Source: Methanobacteriota archaeon (GTDB lineage Archaea; Thermoplasmatota; Thermoplasmata; UBA10834). From it: DNA of 64,000 nt. Positions 46,347 to 55,968 of this stretch are shown in pieces (within the stretch, counting starts at the first letter, position 1; the number at the start of each line of letters is the position of its first letter). A model generated the notes under the pieces. That model ran no database searches. It saw only the letters and a program-made list of their open reading frames with translations, and had not been told where the DNA came from. The stretch spans positions 9,233 through 73,232 of the forward strand of contig DYTN01000007.1 of NCBI GenBank assembly GCA_020725925.1, in the 5' to 3' direction. A program made the translations under genes and the position numbers.

Positions 46347-47053
46347 GCGGCCTTCGCCTCCAGGAGCTTGATCTCAGGGGCCTTGTCCCCCACGACGAAG
46401 ACGTTCTCCTTGACGGTCCCGAACCCCTCCTTGAATGTGACGAGGTTGGGCGCTGAGCCCCTCCTCACCTTGTAGGTCTCCACCGTCTGTACGCTGCCTG
46501 GGTGGGACCCGCCCGTGAGGAGGGCGATGCTCCCCTTCTCGAGCTTGAACGACTTCATGATCTTCTGCGACGGCAACTCTATCTTGAGCACGTCGCCCGA
46601 TTTGTACTGGTCCTTCGGGAGCACTATGCACCTGCCGTCGTGCAGGTTGAGCTGGACCTTGCCCTTCTTCAGGACCTTCTTCTTGTCTATCCGGGCGAGC
46701 TTCCAGCCCTTCTCCGCGTCGTCTATCGCGACGAGCTGCAGCTTCGCCTTGTAGTCCACGAGCATCCTGTAGCTCTGCTTCGTCTTCAGGATCGTGACGA
46801 CGTCCATGAGCCCGACCGGGAATTTGTAGTCCGAGACGGGCTTGCCGTCCACTGCCACGCCCCTGCCCCCGATGATGAACCTCGCCTCGCGCGAGTTGTC
46901 GCAGAGCTTGAGCATGTCCCTCACGACCGCCAGGAGCGGCATCGATTCGTGCATTCCATGCGGGCCAGGGCTGGGCTTGGTCACCCAGTGGCTCGTCTTC
47001 CTCGGTATCGCCCAGCTGCTCGGGGCAGCCATCCTCTTGACATGCTTCTTCAT
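46343..47053 (-). CDS. rps4e: 30S ribosomal protein eS4
   Basis: HVKRMAAP..W, PGPH, FPVGLMDV, QLNLHDGR. Confidence 0.96.
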   Translation of the reverse strand: MKKHVKRMAAPSSWAIPRKTSHWVTKPSPGPHGMHESMPLLAVVRDMLKLCDNSREARFIIGGRGVAVDGKPVSDYKFPVGLMDVVTILKTKQSYRMLVDYKAKLQLVAIDDAEKGWKLARIDKKKVLKKGKVQLNLHDGRCIVLPKDQYKSGDVLKIELPSQKIMKSFKLEKGSIALLTGGSHPGSVQTVETYKVRRGSAPNLVTFKEGFGTVKENVFVVGDKAPEIKLLEAKAA

Positions 47054-47430
47054 GCCGACCCACCTCCCTTGAGGCTGTCCAGCTTGCTCTTCCTCCACGG
47101 GTCCGAGAGGTCGAGCTTCGTGATCACGAGGTCCGAGGGGTCGATCGGCTTGGGCTTCTGCGTGCCGTCCGCCTTGGGCACCGTGATGTTCTCGATTATG
47201 ATCTTCATGTGCTTCAGGTCCACGGACGCGACCTTGGACTCCGTCGCCTTGAAGTCCGCGTGTCCCCTGACCACCTTGACGGTGTCGCCCTTCCTCACCG
47301 GCAGGGAGCGCACGTTGTACTCGGTCATGAGCGCTGAGTCGAGGTGCGCGGACACCATCCGCCTCTTCCTGTGCAGCGGGGCCTCGGCCCTCGCCCTCCT
47401 CTGCTTCCTGGCCTTCGTGCTAGCGGTCAT
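47050..47430 (-). CDS. rpl24: 50S ribosomal protein uL24
   Basis: RKQR...APLH, RSLPVRKGDTVKVVRG, PIDPS. Confidence 0.95.
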   Translation of the reverse strand: MTASTKARKQRRARAEAPLHRKRRMVSAHLDSALMTEYNVRSLPVRKGDTVKVVRGHADFKATESKVASVDLKHMKIIIENITVPKADGTQKPKPIDPSDLVITKLDLSDPWRKSKLDSLKGGGSA

Positions 47431-47439
47431 CCTGCCACC

Positions 47440-47838
47440 TCACACTATCATCGAGGCCGTGGCCGCGATCCTGGGCCATCTCTCGGCGGCCTCCCTCGCG
47501 ACCGGGCCCTTGATGTCGGTCCCCTTGGTCTCTCCTGTCTCCGTGACTATGACGACCGCGTTGTCCTCGAACTGGACCATCGTGCCCTCGGGCCTCCTGA
47601 AGGGCCTCCTCTGGCGCACGATGACCGCCCTGAACAGCTGCTTCCTCGTCTCGGGCGTGCCCTTCTTGACGGTCACGACCATCATCTCCCCCAGGGCCGC
47701 GTTCGGGTACCTCCTCTTGGTGCCGTGGTAGGTGGGCACGCTGACGACCTGGACGACCTTCGCGCCCGTGTTGTCGATGCAGTCGAGCCTCGCACCCGTC
47801 GGGATGCCCCTTGTCTGTCTGCCAGGAATGCCTTTCAT
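47440..47838 (-). CDS. rpl14: 50S ribosomal protein uL14
   Basis: [34 protein letters not shown]. Confidence 0.96.
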   Translation of the reverse strand: MKGIPGRQTRGIPTGARLDCIDNTGAKVVQVVSVPTYHGTKRRYPNAALGEMMVVTVKKGTPETRKQLFRAVIVRQRRPFRRPEGTMVQFEDNAVVIVTETGETKGTDIKGPVAREAAERWPRIAATASMIV

Positions 47839-47847
47839 CGCGCTCAC

Positions 47848-48204
47848 CTACCGCTTGTTCTCTATGACCACGAATGACACTCTCTTGCTCAGCGGCCTGC
47901 ACTCCATGATCGTGACGCTGTCGCCGAGCTTCGCCTGCAGGCAGGGCGGCGAGTGTGCCAGGTACTTGCTGGTCCTCTTCTCGTATCTCTCGTACTTGGG
48001 GAGGTACCTCATGTACTCCCTCTCGACCACTACCGTGGCCTGCATCTTGGCCGACACGACCTTCCCGCCCAGCACCGTGCCCCTGACGGGCAGCTGTCCG
48101 TGGAACGGGCAGTGCTTGTCCGCGCACGCGCCCGCCGGCGGCTCGACATCGAGACCGATGTCCGCGGGCTCGGTCTTGGCCATCTTCTTGACCTTCCTCA
48201 CCAT
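47848..48204 (-). CDS. rps17: 30S ribosomal protein uS17
   Basis: [24 protein letters not shown]. Confidence 0.96.
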   Translation of the reverse strand: MVRKVKKMAKTEPADIGLDVEPPAGACADKHCPFHGQLPVRGTVLGGKVVSAKMQATVVVEREYMRYLPKYERYEKRTSKYLAHSPPCLQAKLGDSVTIMECRPLSKRVSFVVIENKR

Positions 48205-48215
48205 CTCATCTCACC

Positions 48216-48479
48216 CTACCGCACCTTCTTGATCCTGTCCTCAGGTCTGAACTTGATGTCCTTCCCGGAGACCATATGGGTCCTGTGGCCATCGACGAAC
48301 TTGAACTTGCAGCAGTCCTTGGGGACCTTCCTCTCCCTGCCGTCCTGTTCTATCGTGAGCGTGTTCCTCGTCTCGTCCACGACCCTGCCCTTGATGCCGA
48401 CGTACTCCGCGCAGGTGGACTCGACGACCTCCGCTCCGAGGCCGATGAACTCCCGTCTCCGGAAATCTCCTGAACTCAT
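48216..48479 (-). CDS. rnp1: RNase P protein component 1 (Rpp29)
   Basis: EFIGL, GI.G.VVDET.NT, RPEDRIKK; position between SUI1 and uS17. Confidence 0.92.
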   Translation of the reverse strand: MSSGDFRRREFIGLGAEVVESTCAEYVGIKGRVVDETRNTLTIEQDGRERKVPKDCCKFKFVDGHRTHMVSGKDIKFRPEDRIKKVR

Positions 48480-48491
48480 GCTCGGTTTCCT

Positions 48492-48785
48492 TCACTCCAC
48501 GGAAAACCCCAGCTCCTCCAGGACCTCCTTGACCTTCTTCTTGTGATCCCCCTGGAGCTCTATCCTGCCGTCCTTGGCAGTGCCCCCGGCGGCGCACCTG
48601 GTCTTCAGCTTCCTCGTGAGGTCCTCCAGATCGATGTCCGTGTCGTCTATGCCCTCGACAACGGTCACGATCTTGCCGTAGCGTCTGGTGTCCGAGAGTA
48701 TGCGTATCTTCTGCTGTTCCTTGGCAATCTGCTCACACATGCACAGCTCTTCTGGCAGTCCGCAAACCGAGCATATTCCAGCCAT
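48492..48785 (-). CDS. sui1: Translation initiation factor aIF1 (SUI1)
   Basis: [27 protein letters not shown]. Confidence 0.95.
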   Translation of the reverse strand: MAGICSVCGLPEELCMCEQIAKEQQKIRILSDTRRYGKIVTVVEGIDDTDIDLEDLTRKLKTRCAAGGTAKDGRIELQGDHKKKVKEVLEELGFSVE

Positions 48786-49108
48786 TACTTCTTCTCCTCC
48801 TTCTTGGGCTTCTCAGCCTTCTCCTTCTTCTCCTTCTGCTTGGGGGCCTTCGCCTCCGTCTTCTCCGCGGGGGCCTTCTTGACGGGCTTGGCAGCCTCTG
48901 CCATCCCCAGCTCCCGCTGGACCGTGTGTATGCGGGCGATGCTCGTCCGGAGGGCCCGGATCTTTCCTGGGCTCGCGGGCGCCCCGCCCATCGCCGCAAC
49001 GCCCCTCTCGTGCATCAGCTCGTCGTTCAGCTCCTTGAACTTCGCCCTGATGTCCTCTGGGCGCATCGACCTCAACTCCTTCGGCTTCAGCAGGGGCATC
49101 CGGCTCAC
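48785..49108 (-). CDS. rpl29: 50S ribosomal protein uL29 with Lys/Glu-rich tail
   Basis: [18 protein letters not shown]. Confidence 0.92.
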   Translation of the reverse strand: MSRMPLLKPKELRSMRPEDIRAKFKELNDELMHERGVAAMGGAPASPGKIRALRTSIARIHTVQRELGMAEAAKPVKKAPAEKTEAKAPKQKEKKEKAEKPKKEEKK

Positions 49109-50097
49109 TCCTCCTTCTTCTCGCCCTCTGCTGCCTCGGGCTTCTTCTCCTCCGCCGGCGCCTCCTCGACCTTGTCCACGGGCTCCGCCAATGGGGCGGG
49201 CTCGGGGACTGTCATGGCCTGCGTGGGGGCAGGCGTGATGGCCTCTGTGGGCGGCGTCCCAGCCGGTGCTGGAGCGGCCTCCTTCTTCTTGCGCTTCCTC
49301 GGAGGCTTCTTCTCCTCGGCTCCCGGGGCGCCCTCGCCCTCCTTCTTCTTCCTCGGCTTCCTTGGCTTTGCCGCCGCTGCCCCCGCCTCCGCGGCCTTCT
49401 TCAGCTCCTCGACCGCCTCCACAACCTTCTTTTCCTCGGCCTTTGTCTCGGGCGCCGGCTGCGCGGGCGCGGGTGCTGGGGCGGGCTCTGCGGGCGGCGG
49501 GATGATGTCTATCTCGTCCGGCAACCTCGCCTTCGGGTTCATGATCTGGACCGTGACGCCGAGCACTCCAGGCTTCAGCTTGGCGGCCGCGAACCCCTGC
49601 TGCATGAAGTCGAGCTTTGCCTGGCCGCAGTACTTTATGTGGCCGTCCTTGAACTTCTCAGTCCTGTGCCTCTGGCCCGTCAGCTTCCCCGCGATGATCA
49701 CCTGGCAGCCCCTGGCGCCGGACTCCATGATCCTCCTTACGGTCGAGTGGCCGGCGCGCCTGAAGTGCCAGCCCCGCTCGAGCGCGTTCGCGAGCTTCTC
49801 CGCCATGATCTGGGCGTTCAGGTTGGGGTTGTCGACCTCCTGGACCTCGATCTGCGGGTTGTTGAAGTTGAAATCCTCCTCGATGGCCTTCGTGAGGCTC
49901 TTGATGGCCTCTCCCCTCCGGCCTATCACCAGGCCCGGCCGCTCGGTTATGAGGGTGACCCTGGTGCCCATGGGCGTCCTCTGCACGTCCAGCCCGCCGA
50001 AGCCTGCCCGGCCGACCTTGGCCATCATGTACTCCTTGAGCAGGATCCTGCGGATGTTCTCCGTGACGAACTTCCTCTCGCTTGCCATCTTCATCAC
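49105..50097 (-). CDS. rps3: 30S ribosomal protein uS3 with long C-terminal extension
   Basis: RAGFGG, RPGLVIGRRG, LERGWHFRRAG, GKLTG.R. Confidence 0.96.
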   Translation of the reverse strand: MMKMASERKFVTENIRRILLKEYMMAKVGRAGFGGLDVQRTPMGTRVTLITERPGLVIGRRGEAIKSLTKAIEEDFNFNNPQIEVQEVDNPNLNAQIMAEKLANALERGWHFRRAGHSTVRRIMESGARGCQVIIAGKLTGQRHRTEKFKDGHIKYCGQAKLDFMQQGFAAAKLKPGVLGVTVQIMNPKARLPDEIDIIPPPAEPAPAPAPAQPAPETKAEEKKVVEAVEELKKAAEAGAAAAKPRKPRKKKEGEGAPGAEEKKPPRKRKKKEAAPAPAGTPPTEAITPAPTQAMTVPEPAPLAEPVDKVEEAPAEEKKPEAAEGEKKEE

Positions 50098-50099
50098 TC

Positions 50100-50549
50100 C
50101 TAGGACGCCTCGATCTCCTCCAATATGATCTCTATGTTCGTCGTCTGCTCGTTCCAGGGGGTGCTCCTGCCCTGCGCCCTGGGCATGTACGACTTCTCGA
50201 TCCTGCCCCTGTGGGCGGCAGCGACCTTGACCCTCATGTTGTCCGCCTCAAGCCCCTTGTACTCCGCGTTGGACTGGGCGCTCTCTATCACGCGCAGGAT
50301 GGCCTTCGCGGCCTTCTTCGGGTATCTGCCGGGCCCGACGCCCGGCTTCGGGCTCAGGAACATCTTGAAGCGCGTGTAGGGCACTGGCCGCTTCAGGTCG
50401 GCGACCTCCTTGAGGTACTTCTTCGCGTCCTCGACCTTCATGCCCGTGAGCATCTTGCAGACTTCCCGGCAGTGCTTCGGGCTGACGCCCAGTTCCTTGC
50501 CTATGGCCTTCGAGGTCGTCTCCGGGTCCGATTCCTGCGTGTATCCCAT
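50100..50549 (-). CDS. rpl22: 50S ribosomal protein uL22
   Basis: SPKH..E, GRYPKKAA, NAEYKGL, PRAQGR. Confidence 0.96.
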   Translation of the reverse strand: MGYTQESDPETTSKAIGKELGVSPKHCREVCKMLTGMKVEDAKKYLKEVADLKRPVPYTRFKMFLSPKPGVGPGRYPKKAAKAILRVIESAQSNAEYKGLEADNMRVKVAAAHRGRIEKSYMPRAQGRSTPWNEQTTNIEIILEEIEAS

Positions 50550-50564
50550 TGCCCTCGCCCTCCC

Positions 50565-51176
50565 TCACTTCAGCGGCATGAACTTGGACGACCTGGTCGC
50601 GCCAACCCCGAGGCCGGAGTGCCTCACCGACTTCCTCGTGAGCGCGAACTCGCCCAGGTAGTGCCCGATCATCTCGGCCTTGATGTCCACGGGCGAGAAC
50701 TCCTTGCCGTTGTACACGTGGACGGTCTTGCCGACGAACTCCGGAAGTATGGGTATCTCGCGCCTGTGAGTCCTGACCGGCTCGTCCGAACTCCTGAGCC
50801 TCTTGATGAACGCCTCCTGCTCGGAGTTGAGGCCCCTGATGTAGGTCCTCCTCGCCCTCGCGGGCAGGAGTTCTATGATCTCCGCGAACGGCAGCTTCAG
50901 GAGCTCCTCCAGGGTGTGCCCCCTGTAGGTGAACTCCTTCTTCCTGCGGGCCTGGATCTGGCTCTTCTTCTTCCTCATCTTCCTTCTCGCGGCCTTCGCC
51001 GACCCCGTGAACCTCGCGGAGGGCTTCGCCTTCTTCTCCGGAGGCGGAGCCGCCGCGGCAGGCGCTGCCGGGGCCGCTGTTGGAGCCGCTGCGGGCTTCG
51101 GCGCCCCCGCCTTCTCCGCCGCTGGTGCCTTCGCAGGTGCCTTCTGCTGTGAATCAGCCTTCTTCTCCTCGGCCAT
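50565..51176 (-). CDS. rps19: 30S ribosomal protein uS19 with Ala/Pro-rich N-terminal extension
   Basis: FTYRG, RTH.R, YNGKEF, MIGHYLGEF, GATRSS.F.PLK. Confidence 0.95.
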   Translation of the reverse strand: MAEEKKADSQQKAPAKAPAAEKAGAPKPAAAPTAAPAAPAAAAPPPEKKAKPSARFTGSAKAARRKMRKKKSQIQARRKKEFTYRGHTLEELLKLPFAEIIELLPARARRTYIRGLNSEQEAFIKRLRSSDEPVRTHRREIPILPEFVGKTVHVYNGKEFSPVDIKAEMIGHYLGEFALTRKSVRHSGLGVGATRSSKFMPLK

Positions 51177-51179
51177 CTA

Positions 51180-51881
51180 TCACACCTTCCTCTTCTTCCT
51201 CTGAGGTGCCAGCCGGCCCACCTTCCTGCCCGGGGGAGTGTTCCTGCCCACGCTCGACTGCGTGCCGACGTGCGGGTGGCCGCCTCCGCCGTGCGGGTGG
51301 TTGACCGGGTTCATCGCTATGCCTTTGACCTTGAAGTACGCCTTCGCCTTCGCGCCGTACGCGTGGAACTTCTTCCCTGACTTCGCGAAGGGCTTCTCCT
51401 TGTGCCCGCCGCCTGCCACCAGCCCGACGGTCGCGAGGCACTTGTTGTCGACCTCCTTGAACTTGCCAGACGGCATCAGGAGGACCGTCTTGTCACCGTG
51501 GGTGACGATCGTGGCGGCGGTACCAGCGGTCCTGGCGAACTTCCCGCCGTCCCCTGGCTGGGACTCGATGTTGTAGACTATCGTGCCCTCGGGCAGCGCG
51601 CCCACAGGCATCGTGTTGCCTGCGGATACGGCGCCCCTCGCGCCGAATGTGATCTCTTGGCCGACGCTGACGCCGTCGGGCGCGATCATCAGGTGGTCCC
51701 TGTCCGAGTACCTCACCTTGACCAGAGGCGCGATCCTCCCGGGCTCGTGGAGGATGTCGACGACGGTCCCTGAGTCCGCGCGCATCTTCGGGTGGCTGGC
51801 GTCCGTGAACCTGAGGTGCCTCGGGGACCTGTACCTTCCGAAGCCCCGGCCCCTCCTCTGTGTGATCAACCTCTTTCCCAT
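51180..51881 (-). CDS. rpl2: 50S ribosomal protein uL2
   Basis: MGKRLITQRRGRG, AMNPVNHPHGGG, PPGRKVG. Confidence 0.97.
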   Translation of the reverse strand: MGKRLITQRRGRGFGRYRSPRHLRFTDASHPKMRADSGTVVDILHEPGRIAPLVKVRYSDRDHLMIAPDGVSVGQEITFGARGAVSAGNTMPVGALPEGTIVYNIESQPGDGGKFARTAGTAATIVTHGDKTVLLMPSGKFKEVDNKCLATVGLVAGGGHKEKPFAKSGKKFHAYGAKAKAYFKVKGIAMNPVNHPHGGGGHPHVGTQSSVGRNTPPGRKVGRLAPQRKKRKV

Positions 51882-51892
51882 GTCAGCACCAC

Positions 51893-52171
51893 CTAGAATA
51901 TGCCTATCCTCATGCCGATATCCTCGGCGGAGTAGCCCTCCTTGAGCCTGATGATCGCGTGCTTGCCGTCCCTCATCAGCTTGACGTTGATCCTGTCCAC
52001 CTTCGCCTCGAACCGCTCCTCGAAGGCTTTCTTGATCTCGGGTTTGGTCGCATCCTTGCGGACGATGAACTCCAGCCTGTTGCCGTCCTTCAGGTCCTGG
52101 ACGGGCGTGCCGGACATCGCGTTCATCGTCTTCTCTGTGACGTATGGATGCAGGATGATCGTGCGCCTCAT
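51893..52171 (-). CDS. rpl23: 50S ribosomal protein uL23
   Basis: HPYVTEK, N.LEFIV, IK.A.E..F, A.DIG.RIGIF. Confidence 0.94.
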   Translation of the reverse strand: MRRTIILHPYVTEKTMNAMSGTPVQDLKDGNRLEFIVRKDATKPEIKKAFEERFEAKVDRINVKLMRDGKHAIIRLKEGYSAEDIGMRIGIF

Positions 52172-52992
52172 CTCCTCCACGCTCCTATCGTCTGCAGCGC
52201 GGACTCGCTCACGAGCATGAGCCTCCCGGGCGCCCCGCCGGGCGCCAGCACGGATGCGTTGAGCTTGCTCGGGGTCGCGACGTCCACTCCGGGCAGGTTC
52301 CTTACGCTCCTGCCGCCGACGCACTCCTTCGAGAGCACGACGAGCAGGCTCTTGGGGACCCTGTACCTGCGGCCCCGCATCTTGCCCCTCCCTGCCCTGA
52401 TGTTCGTGCCCTTGAGCGCGCGCTCGACGTCGTCATAGACACCGATCGACTCGAGCGCCTTGACCGCGTCCTGGGTGCTCTTGATGGATTCGAAGTCGTC
52501 CCTGACCACGACTGGGACGGTGAGCCCGTCGCTGAACCTGTGTCCCCGCGCCCGGACGAGCCCCGCCTCGCTCGTGGCGCGAAGCGCCGAGAGCTTGCCG
52601 AGCAGGAGCTCCTTGTGGTTGATCTTCTTGCCCAGGTCCTTCTCCACCTTCGGCGGGTGCGCGCGCCTGCCCCCGACGTTCCCCGGGGACTGCGCGCCCG
52701 TGGAGCTGTTCATCAGCCTCTGGACCCTCGACACTCCTCTCCCCTTGCCCCAGGTCTCCACCGAGTGGCGCATGCCCGCCCTGGGAGCGGGCGCGTACGG
52801 CTGCCTGGCGTTCGCCTCGATGGCCGTAACGGCCCTCCTGATGATGTCGGGCCTGTACTCGCCCTTGAACGATTCGGGCAGGTCCAGCTCCCCGGACACC
52901 TTGCCGTCCAGGTCGTAGACCATGAGCTTCCCGGGAGCGTGCTTCGGCTTCTCCTCTTCGGCCTTTTTCTTCTTCACTTGCTTCTCAGCCAT
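52168..52992 (-). CDS. rpl4: 50S ribosomal protein uL4
   Basis: RPDIIRRA, WGKGRGVSR, GGRRAHPP, RAGRGKMRGR, LAPGG.PGRL. Confidence 0.96.
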   Translation of the reverse strand: MAEKQVKKKKAEEEKPKHAPGKLMVYDLDGKVSGELDLPESFKGEYRPDIIRRAVTAIEANARQPYAPAPRAGMRHSVETWGKGRGVSRVQRLMNSSTGAQSPGNVGGRRAHPPKVEKDLGKKINHKELLLGKLSALRATSEAGLVRARGHRFSDGLTVPVVVRDDFESIKSTQDAVKALESIGVYDDVERALKGTNIRAGRGKMRGRRYRVPKSLLVVLSKECVGGRSVRNLPGVDVATPSKLNASVLAPGGAPGRLMLVSESALQTIGAWRR

Positions 52993-52996
52993 AAAG

Positions 52997-53998
52997 TCAC
53001 ACTCCCTGTTTCGATTCAATGGACACAAAAGTCAGTTCCGGGGGTTCCGTGAGCTTCACTCCCGTCGCCCTCACGGGCTCCCTGAGCCGCACGATCCTCT
53101 TCGTCGGGCCGGGCACGGACCCGTGCAGGAGCATGTAGCTGTTCTTCACCTCGCCGTAGTGGAGGAACCCTCCCTTCGGCGTCACCTCAGCCCCGTTGTC
53201 ACCTATCTTGAGGACGCGCTTGTTCAGCTCGGTCCTCTGATGGAAGCCTATCTGGCCTCCCTGGGGAACGGTCGGCCGCACATAGTTGGGCCTCTTCGTG
53301 CCCAGCGTGCCCACGAGGCGCCTGTGCTTGCTGTTCTTGTGCATCAGAAGCTTGGTGCCCCATCTCTTCGTCGTGCCCTGCCATCCCTTCCCCTTGGTGA
53401 TGGACGAGACATCGATCATCTCGCCTTCCTTGGTGAAATCCTTGATCGTGACTGTCTTGCCCAGGATGCTCTTGGCGTAGCCGAGCCTGTCCTGGAGCTT
53501 CGCCCCGCCAACCCTGATCTCCATGAGCTCCGGGCGCTTCTTCGGCAGCCCGGACACGAGCGTGGGCTGCGTGTACAGGAGCGCCCTGATGTCGTCGTAC
53601 TCCAGCTTCTCGACCGCTGCCCAGCCGGCCTTCTCGTCGTAGCTCTTCGGTATCGGCAATCTGCGGGCCAGCTCCTTGTCCAGGTTCTTGGACCACACCT
53701 CTCCAACGGCCTTCCTGCCGTAGGCGGTGTCCTGGTAGAACCTCACGCCGCAGACCTTCATCGGGGGGACCTCGAGCACGGTCACAGGCACCTGGACCTC
53801 CTGGCCTGCGGTGGTGCTCCTGGGCCTGTAGTCGACGACGAACGCGTGCGTCATGCCCGCCTTGTACCCGGCGAAGCCCTGGAGCTTCGCCCCGTCGCCC
53901 CCTTCCGGCCAGGTCGAGATCCTGGCGGTTATGCTCCTGGCTCTCTTCCTAGGTGAGTAGCCCATCGAGCCCTTTCTCGGACGTCTTGTGGTTGGCAT
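52997..53998 (-). CDS. rpl3: 50S ribosomal protein uL3
   Basis: PRKGS.GYSPRKRA, GYKAGMTH, TKGKG.QG, GSVPGP.KR. Confidence 0.97.
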   Translation of the reverse strand: MPTTRRPRKGSMGYSPRKRARSITARISTWPEGGDGAKLQGFAGYKAGMTHAFVVDYRPRSTTAGQEVQVPVTVLEVPPMKVCGVRFYQDTAYGRKAVGEVWSKNLDKELARRLPIPKSYDEKAGWAAVEKLEYDDIRALLYTQPTLVSGLPKKRPELMEIRVGGAKLQDRLGYAKSILGKTVTIKDFTKEGEMIDVSSITKGKGWQGTTKRWGTKLLMHKNSKHRRLVGTLGTKRPNYVRPTVPQGGQIGFHQRTELNKRVLKIGDNGAEVTPKGGFLHYGEVKNSYMLLHGSVPGPTKRIVRLREPVRATGVKLTEPPELTFVSIESKQGV

Positions 53999-53999
53999 C

Positions 54000-54190
54000 G
54001 CTATCCCTCTCGCGGAATCGATGGACCTGTCTGCAGGTCCTCGAGTTCTCGAGCACAGCGTCCCAAAGGCATTGTTCGTCGGCCGTGACGCCTCGTTCGC
54101 GCCTGAAAACCTGTTTCAGCGCGAGTGTTGGGTTGCTCTCGGCATTGCCCACATGGCGTCTGGCCGATACCGCCTAAGGTATCGCGGATT
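54000..54190 (-). ncRNA. Candidate structured 5' leader of the rpl3 operon
   Basis: About 190 nt between TATA box and rpl3 ATG containing at least five hairpins, e.g. GATACC/GGTATC, CGCGCTGAAA/TTTCAGGCGCG, GGCGTC/GACGCT, CTCGAG/CTCGAG, GGACCTG/CAGGTCC. Confidence 0.5.
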
Positions 54191-54208
54191 TGCTGAATGG
54201 GGTACTGG

Positions 54209-54217
54209 TATTTAAAG
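54209..54217 (-). promoter_or_regulatory. TATA box of the rpl3 operon
   Basis: CTTTAAATA on the minus strand, in the intergenic region upstream of the leader. Confidence 0.6.
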
Positions 54218-54247
54218 GTCACCGAGCTGGCACATGCTGCCGCAGGT

Positions 54248-54568
54248 TCAGAGCTTCCCTTCCTTGGCCTTCTTCTGGATCCTCTTGCTCCTCTCCTTCG
54301 AGGTGAGCCCGGTGACGCGCTCCAGGAACGAGTTGTACGCCTTGATCGTGCTCCTCGCCACGTCGTCCGGCACCGAGGGGTCCATGACCATGTCCACGAA
54401 GAGCGACTTCTTGCCCGGCCACGCCCTGAACTCCTTCAGCGCCCCGAAGGAGGTGACGAACTTCCCGTCCCTTTCCTCGACCTTTCCGAAGCTGTCCTGT
54501 ATGAGTGCTCTCAGCTTGTCGGGCTGTATGTTGTCCTGCAGGCCCCTCTTGACCTCGTACTCCTGCAT
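54248..54568 (-). CDS. DUF5611-like conserved archaeal protein
   Basis: MQEYEVKRG, SFGAL, YN.FLE.VTG.T.KER.K. Confidence 0.75.
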   Translation of the reverse strand: MQEYEVKRGLQDNIQPDKLRALIQDSFGKVEERDGKFVTSFGALKEFRAWPGKKSLFVDMVMDPSVPDDVARSTIKAYNSFLERVTGLTSKERSKRIQKKAKEGKL

Positions 54569-54586
54569 CTCCTCACGCTCACGGGA

Positions 54587-55612
54587 CTAAGCTCGCTGCC
54601 GCCTGAAAAACCTTTGGAGGTCCGGCGTGCCCCCCATGACGAAGCCTTCCAGCTCCATGACTGACTCCCAGATCCCTCTGCACTCGCAGTCAGGCGCCCC
54701 CAGCCTCGAGTGGTCCTGGGAGAGAGAGAACGCTTTCACGGAATCCAAGACCACGCCGTCGCACTTCCCGCAGTTGTGCGCTCCCCGCTCCTTACCTCCG
54801 CCGCTGGGGTCGCAGACGATCTTCGAGTCAATGCCCTTCGTAGATCTCAGGACCTCGAGCACGCTCCACAGCCACGGCGGCCTGTAGGCCCAGGTCCGCC
54901 ACAGCCTCTCCACCAAGGTCCCCTTCTGCACGTTCACGGGATTGAGCGAGATGCATGAGCTGGCCTTCGAGGCATGGGCGATCGTTCGCTCCGCATCCTC
55001 GACTGCCTCGCGCTCCGTGAGGAACGGCGGCTTCAGGAGCACGTAGGTGCGGACATCGATGCCCTTGTCTTTGAGCTTCCTCGCCGCCTCATCGTAGTCC
55101 TTGACGGCGAATCCTTTGTTGATCGACCAACTGAGCACATTATCGTTCGCGCTTTCGAGTCCGAGCGCGATCTCGATGTCGGAATGGATCGCCCTCACGT
55201 GGTCCAGCGTCTGGTCCGTCACGAACTCCGGCCTCGTCTCGAAGAGAAGCCGGGTGCCACGGTCCGCGCAGGCGCTCAGGAGCTTGTCCCTGGGCCCAGA
55301 CGGGACCTCGCACTCGTCCAGGAACGATCCGGATGTGTAGATCTTGATGAAGGGCACATCTTTGAACTGCCCCAGTGCGTGTTCCACCTGTTTCTCTAGC
55401 TGTTCAGGCTTGACGTCCCCGGCTCCGTCGACATTGTACCCGCACATCGAGCACCCGCCCTCGTGATAGTGCCTGCAACCGGAGGTCTGCAGGATCGCAA
55501 CGCCGACGTCTACGACCTTCCCCTGCAGGAGTTCCTTCTCCCTCCATACAGAGGCCGGGCTCGTGAGGTCTCTCCGCCAATCCATCGGGCGCTTCCGCTT
55601 CTGTGCTGGCAT
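54587..55612 (-). CDS. Archaeosine biosynthesis radical SAM protein RaSEA
   Basis: GC......CSMCGY, KIYTSGSFLD, ETRPE, GLESAND, YVLLKPPFL, RGAHNCGKC. Confidence 0.88.
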   Translation of the reverse strand: MPAQKRKRPMDWRRDLTSPASVWREKELLQGKVVDVGVAILQTSGCRHYHEGGCSMCGYNVDGAGDVKPEQLEKQVEHALGQFKDVPFIKIYTSGSFLDECEVPSGPRDKLLSACADRGTRLLFETRPEFVTDQTLDHVRAIHSDIEIALGLESANDNVLSWSINKGFAVKDYDEAARKLKDKGIDVRTYVLLKPPFLTEREAVEDAERTIAHASKASSCISLNPVNVQKGTLVERLWRTWAYRPPWLWSVLEVLRSTKGIDSKIVCDPSGGGKERGAHNCGKCDGVVLDSVKAFSLSQDHSRLGAPDCECRGIWESVMELEGFVMGGTPDLQRFFRRQRA

Positions 55613-55640
55613 CTGCTCACTGGGATTGCACTCGCGGGCC

Positions 55641-55805
55641 TCAGAGGTCGTACGGTTTGAGGGTCCTTCGGCCGTTCTTCTTGGCCCTCCTAGCCGCGCT
55701 CTCGATCATGTCGTGGACCTCTCTGTCCAGCTCGTAGTAGAACTCCTCGGAGATCCGGATCCCCTCTCCGGCGACATCCTTCACATCAGACACCTTGATG
55801 ATCAT
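55641..55805 (-). CDS. Short histone-fold protein (DUF1931 / face-to-face histone-like)
   Basis: MIIKVSDVKDVAGEGIRISEEFYYELDREVHDMIESAARRAKKNGRRTLKPYDL; terminal R.T....DL histone signature with truncated alpha3. Confidence 0.82.
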   Translation of the reverse strand: MIIKVSDVKDVAGEGIRISEEFYYELDREVHDMIESAARRAKKNGRRTLKPYDL

Positions 55806-55968
55806 CTTGCCATTTCGCAACGCCGAGACCTTCATGCGCTCCCCCTTCTTTGCGAATCCCCGAGTATGGGGCTAATGCTAATGCGTGTGGGCTTCTTAGC
55901 GTTTTCCATGCCCTCCTCGTCCCAAAGCTTTTTTCTGCACACTCCTCCATCGGGACTTGGGCCGTACG

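Noticed and set aside
54001-54222. 73-aa ORF upstream of rpl3 (leader peptide)
   Set aside because: It would start upstream of the putative TATA box and has no recognisable features; a structured RNA leader explains the region better.
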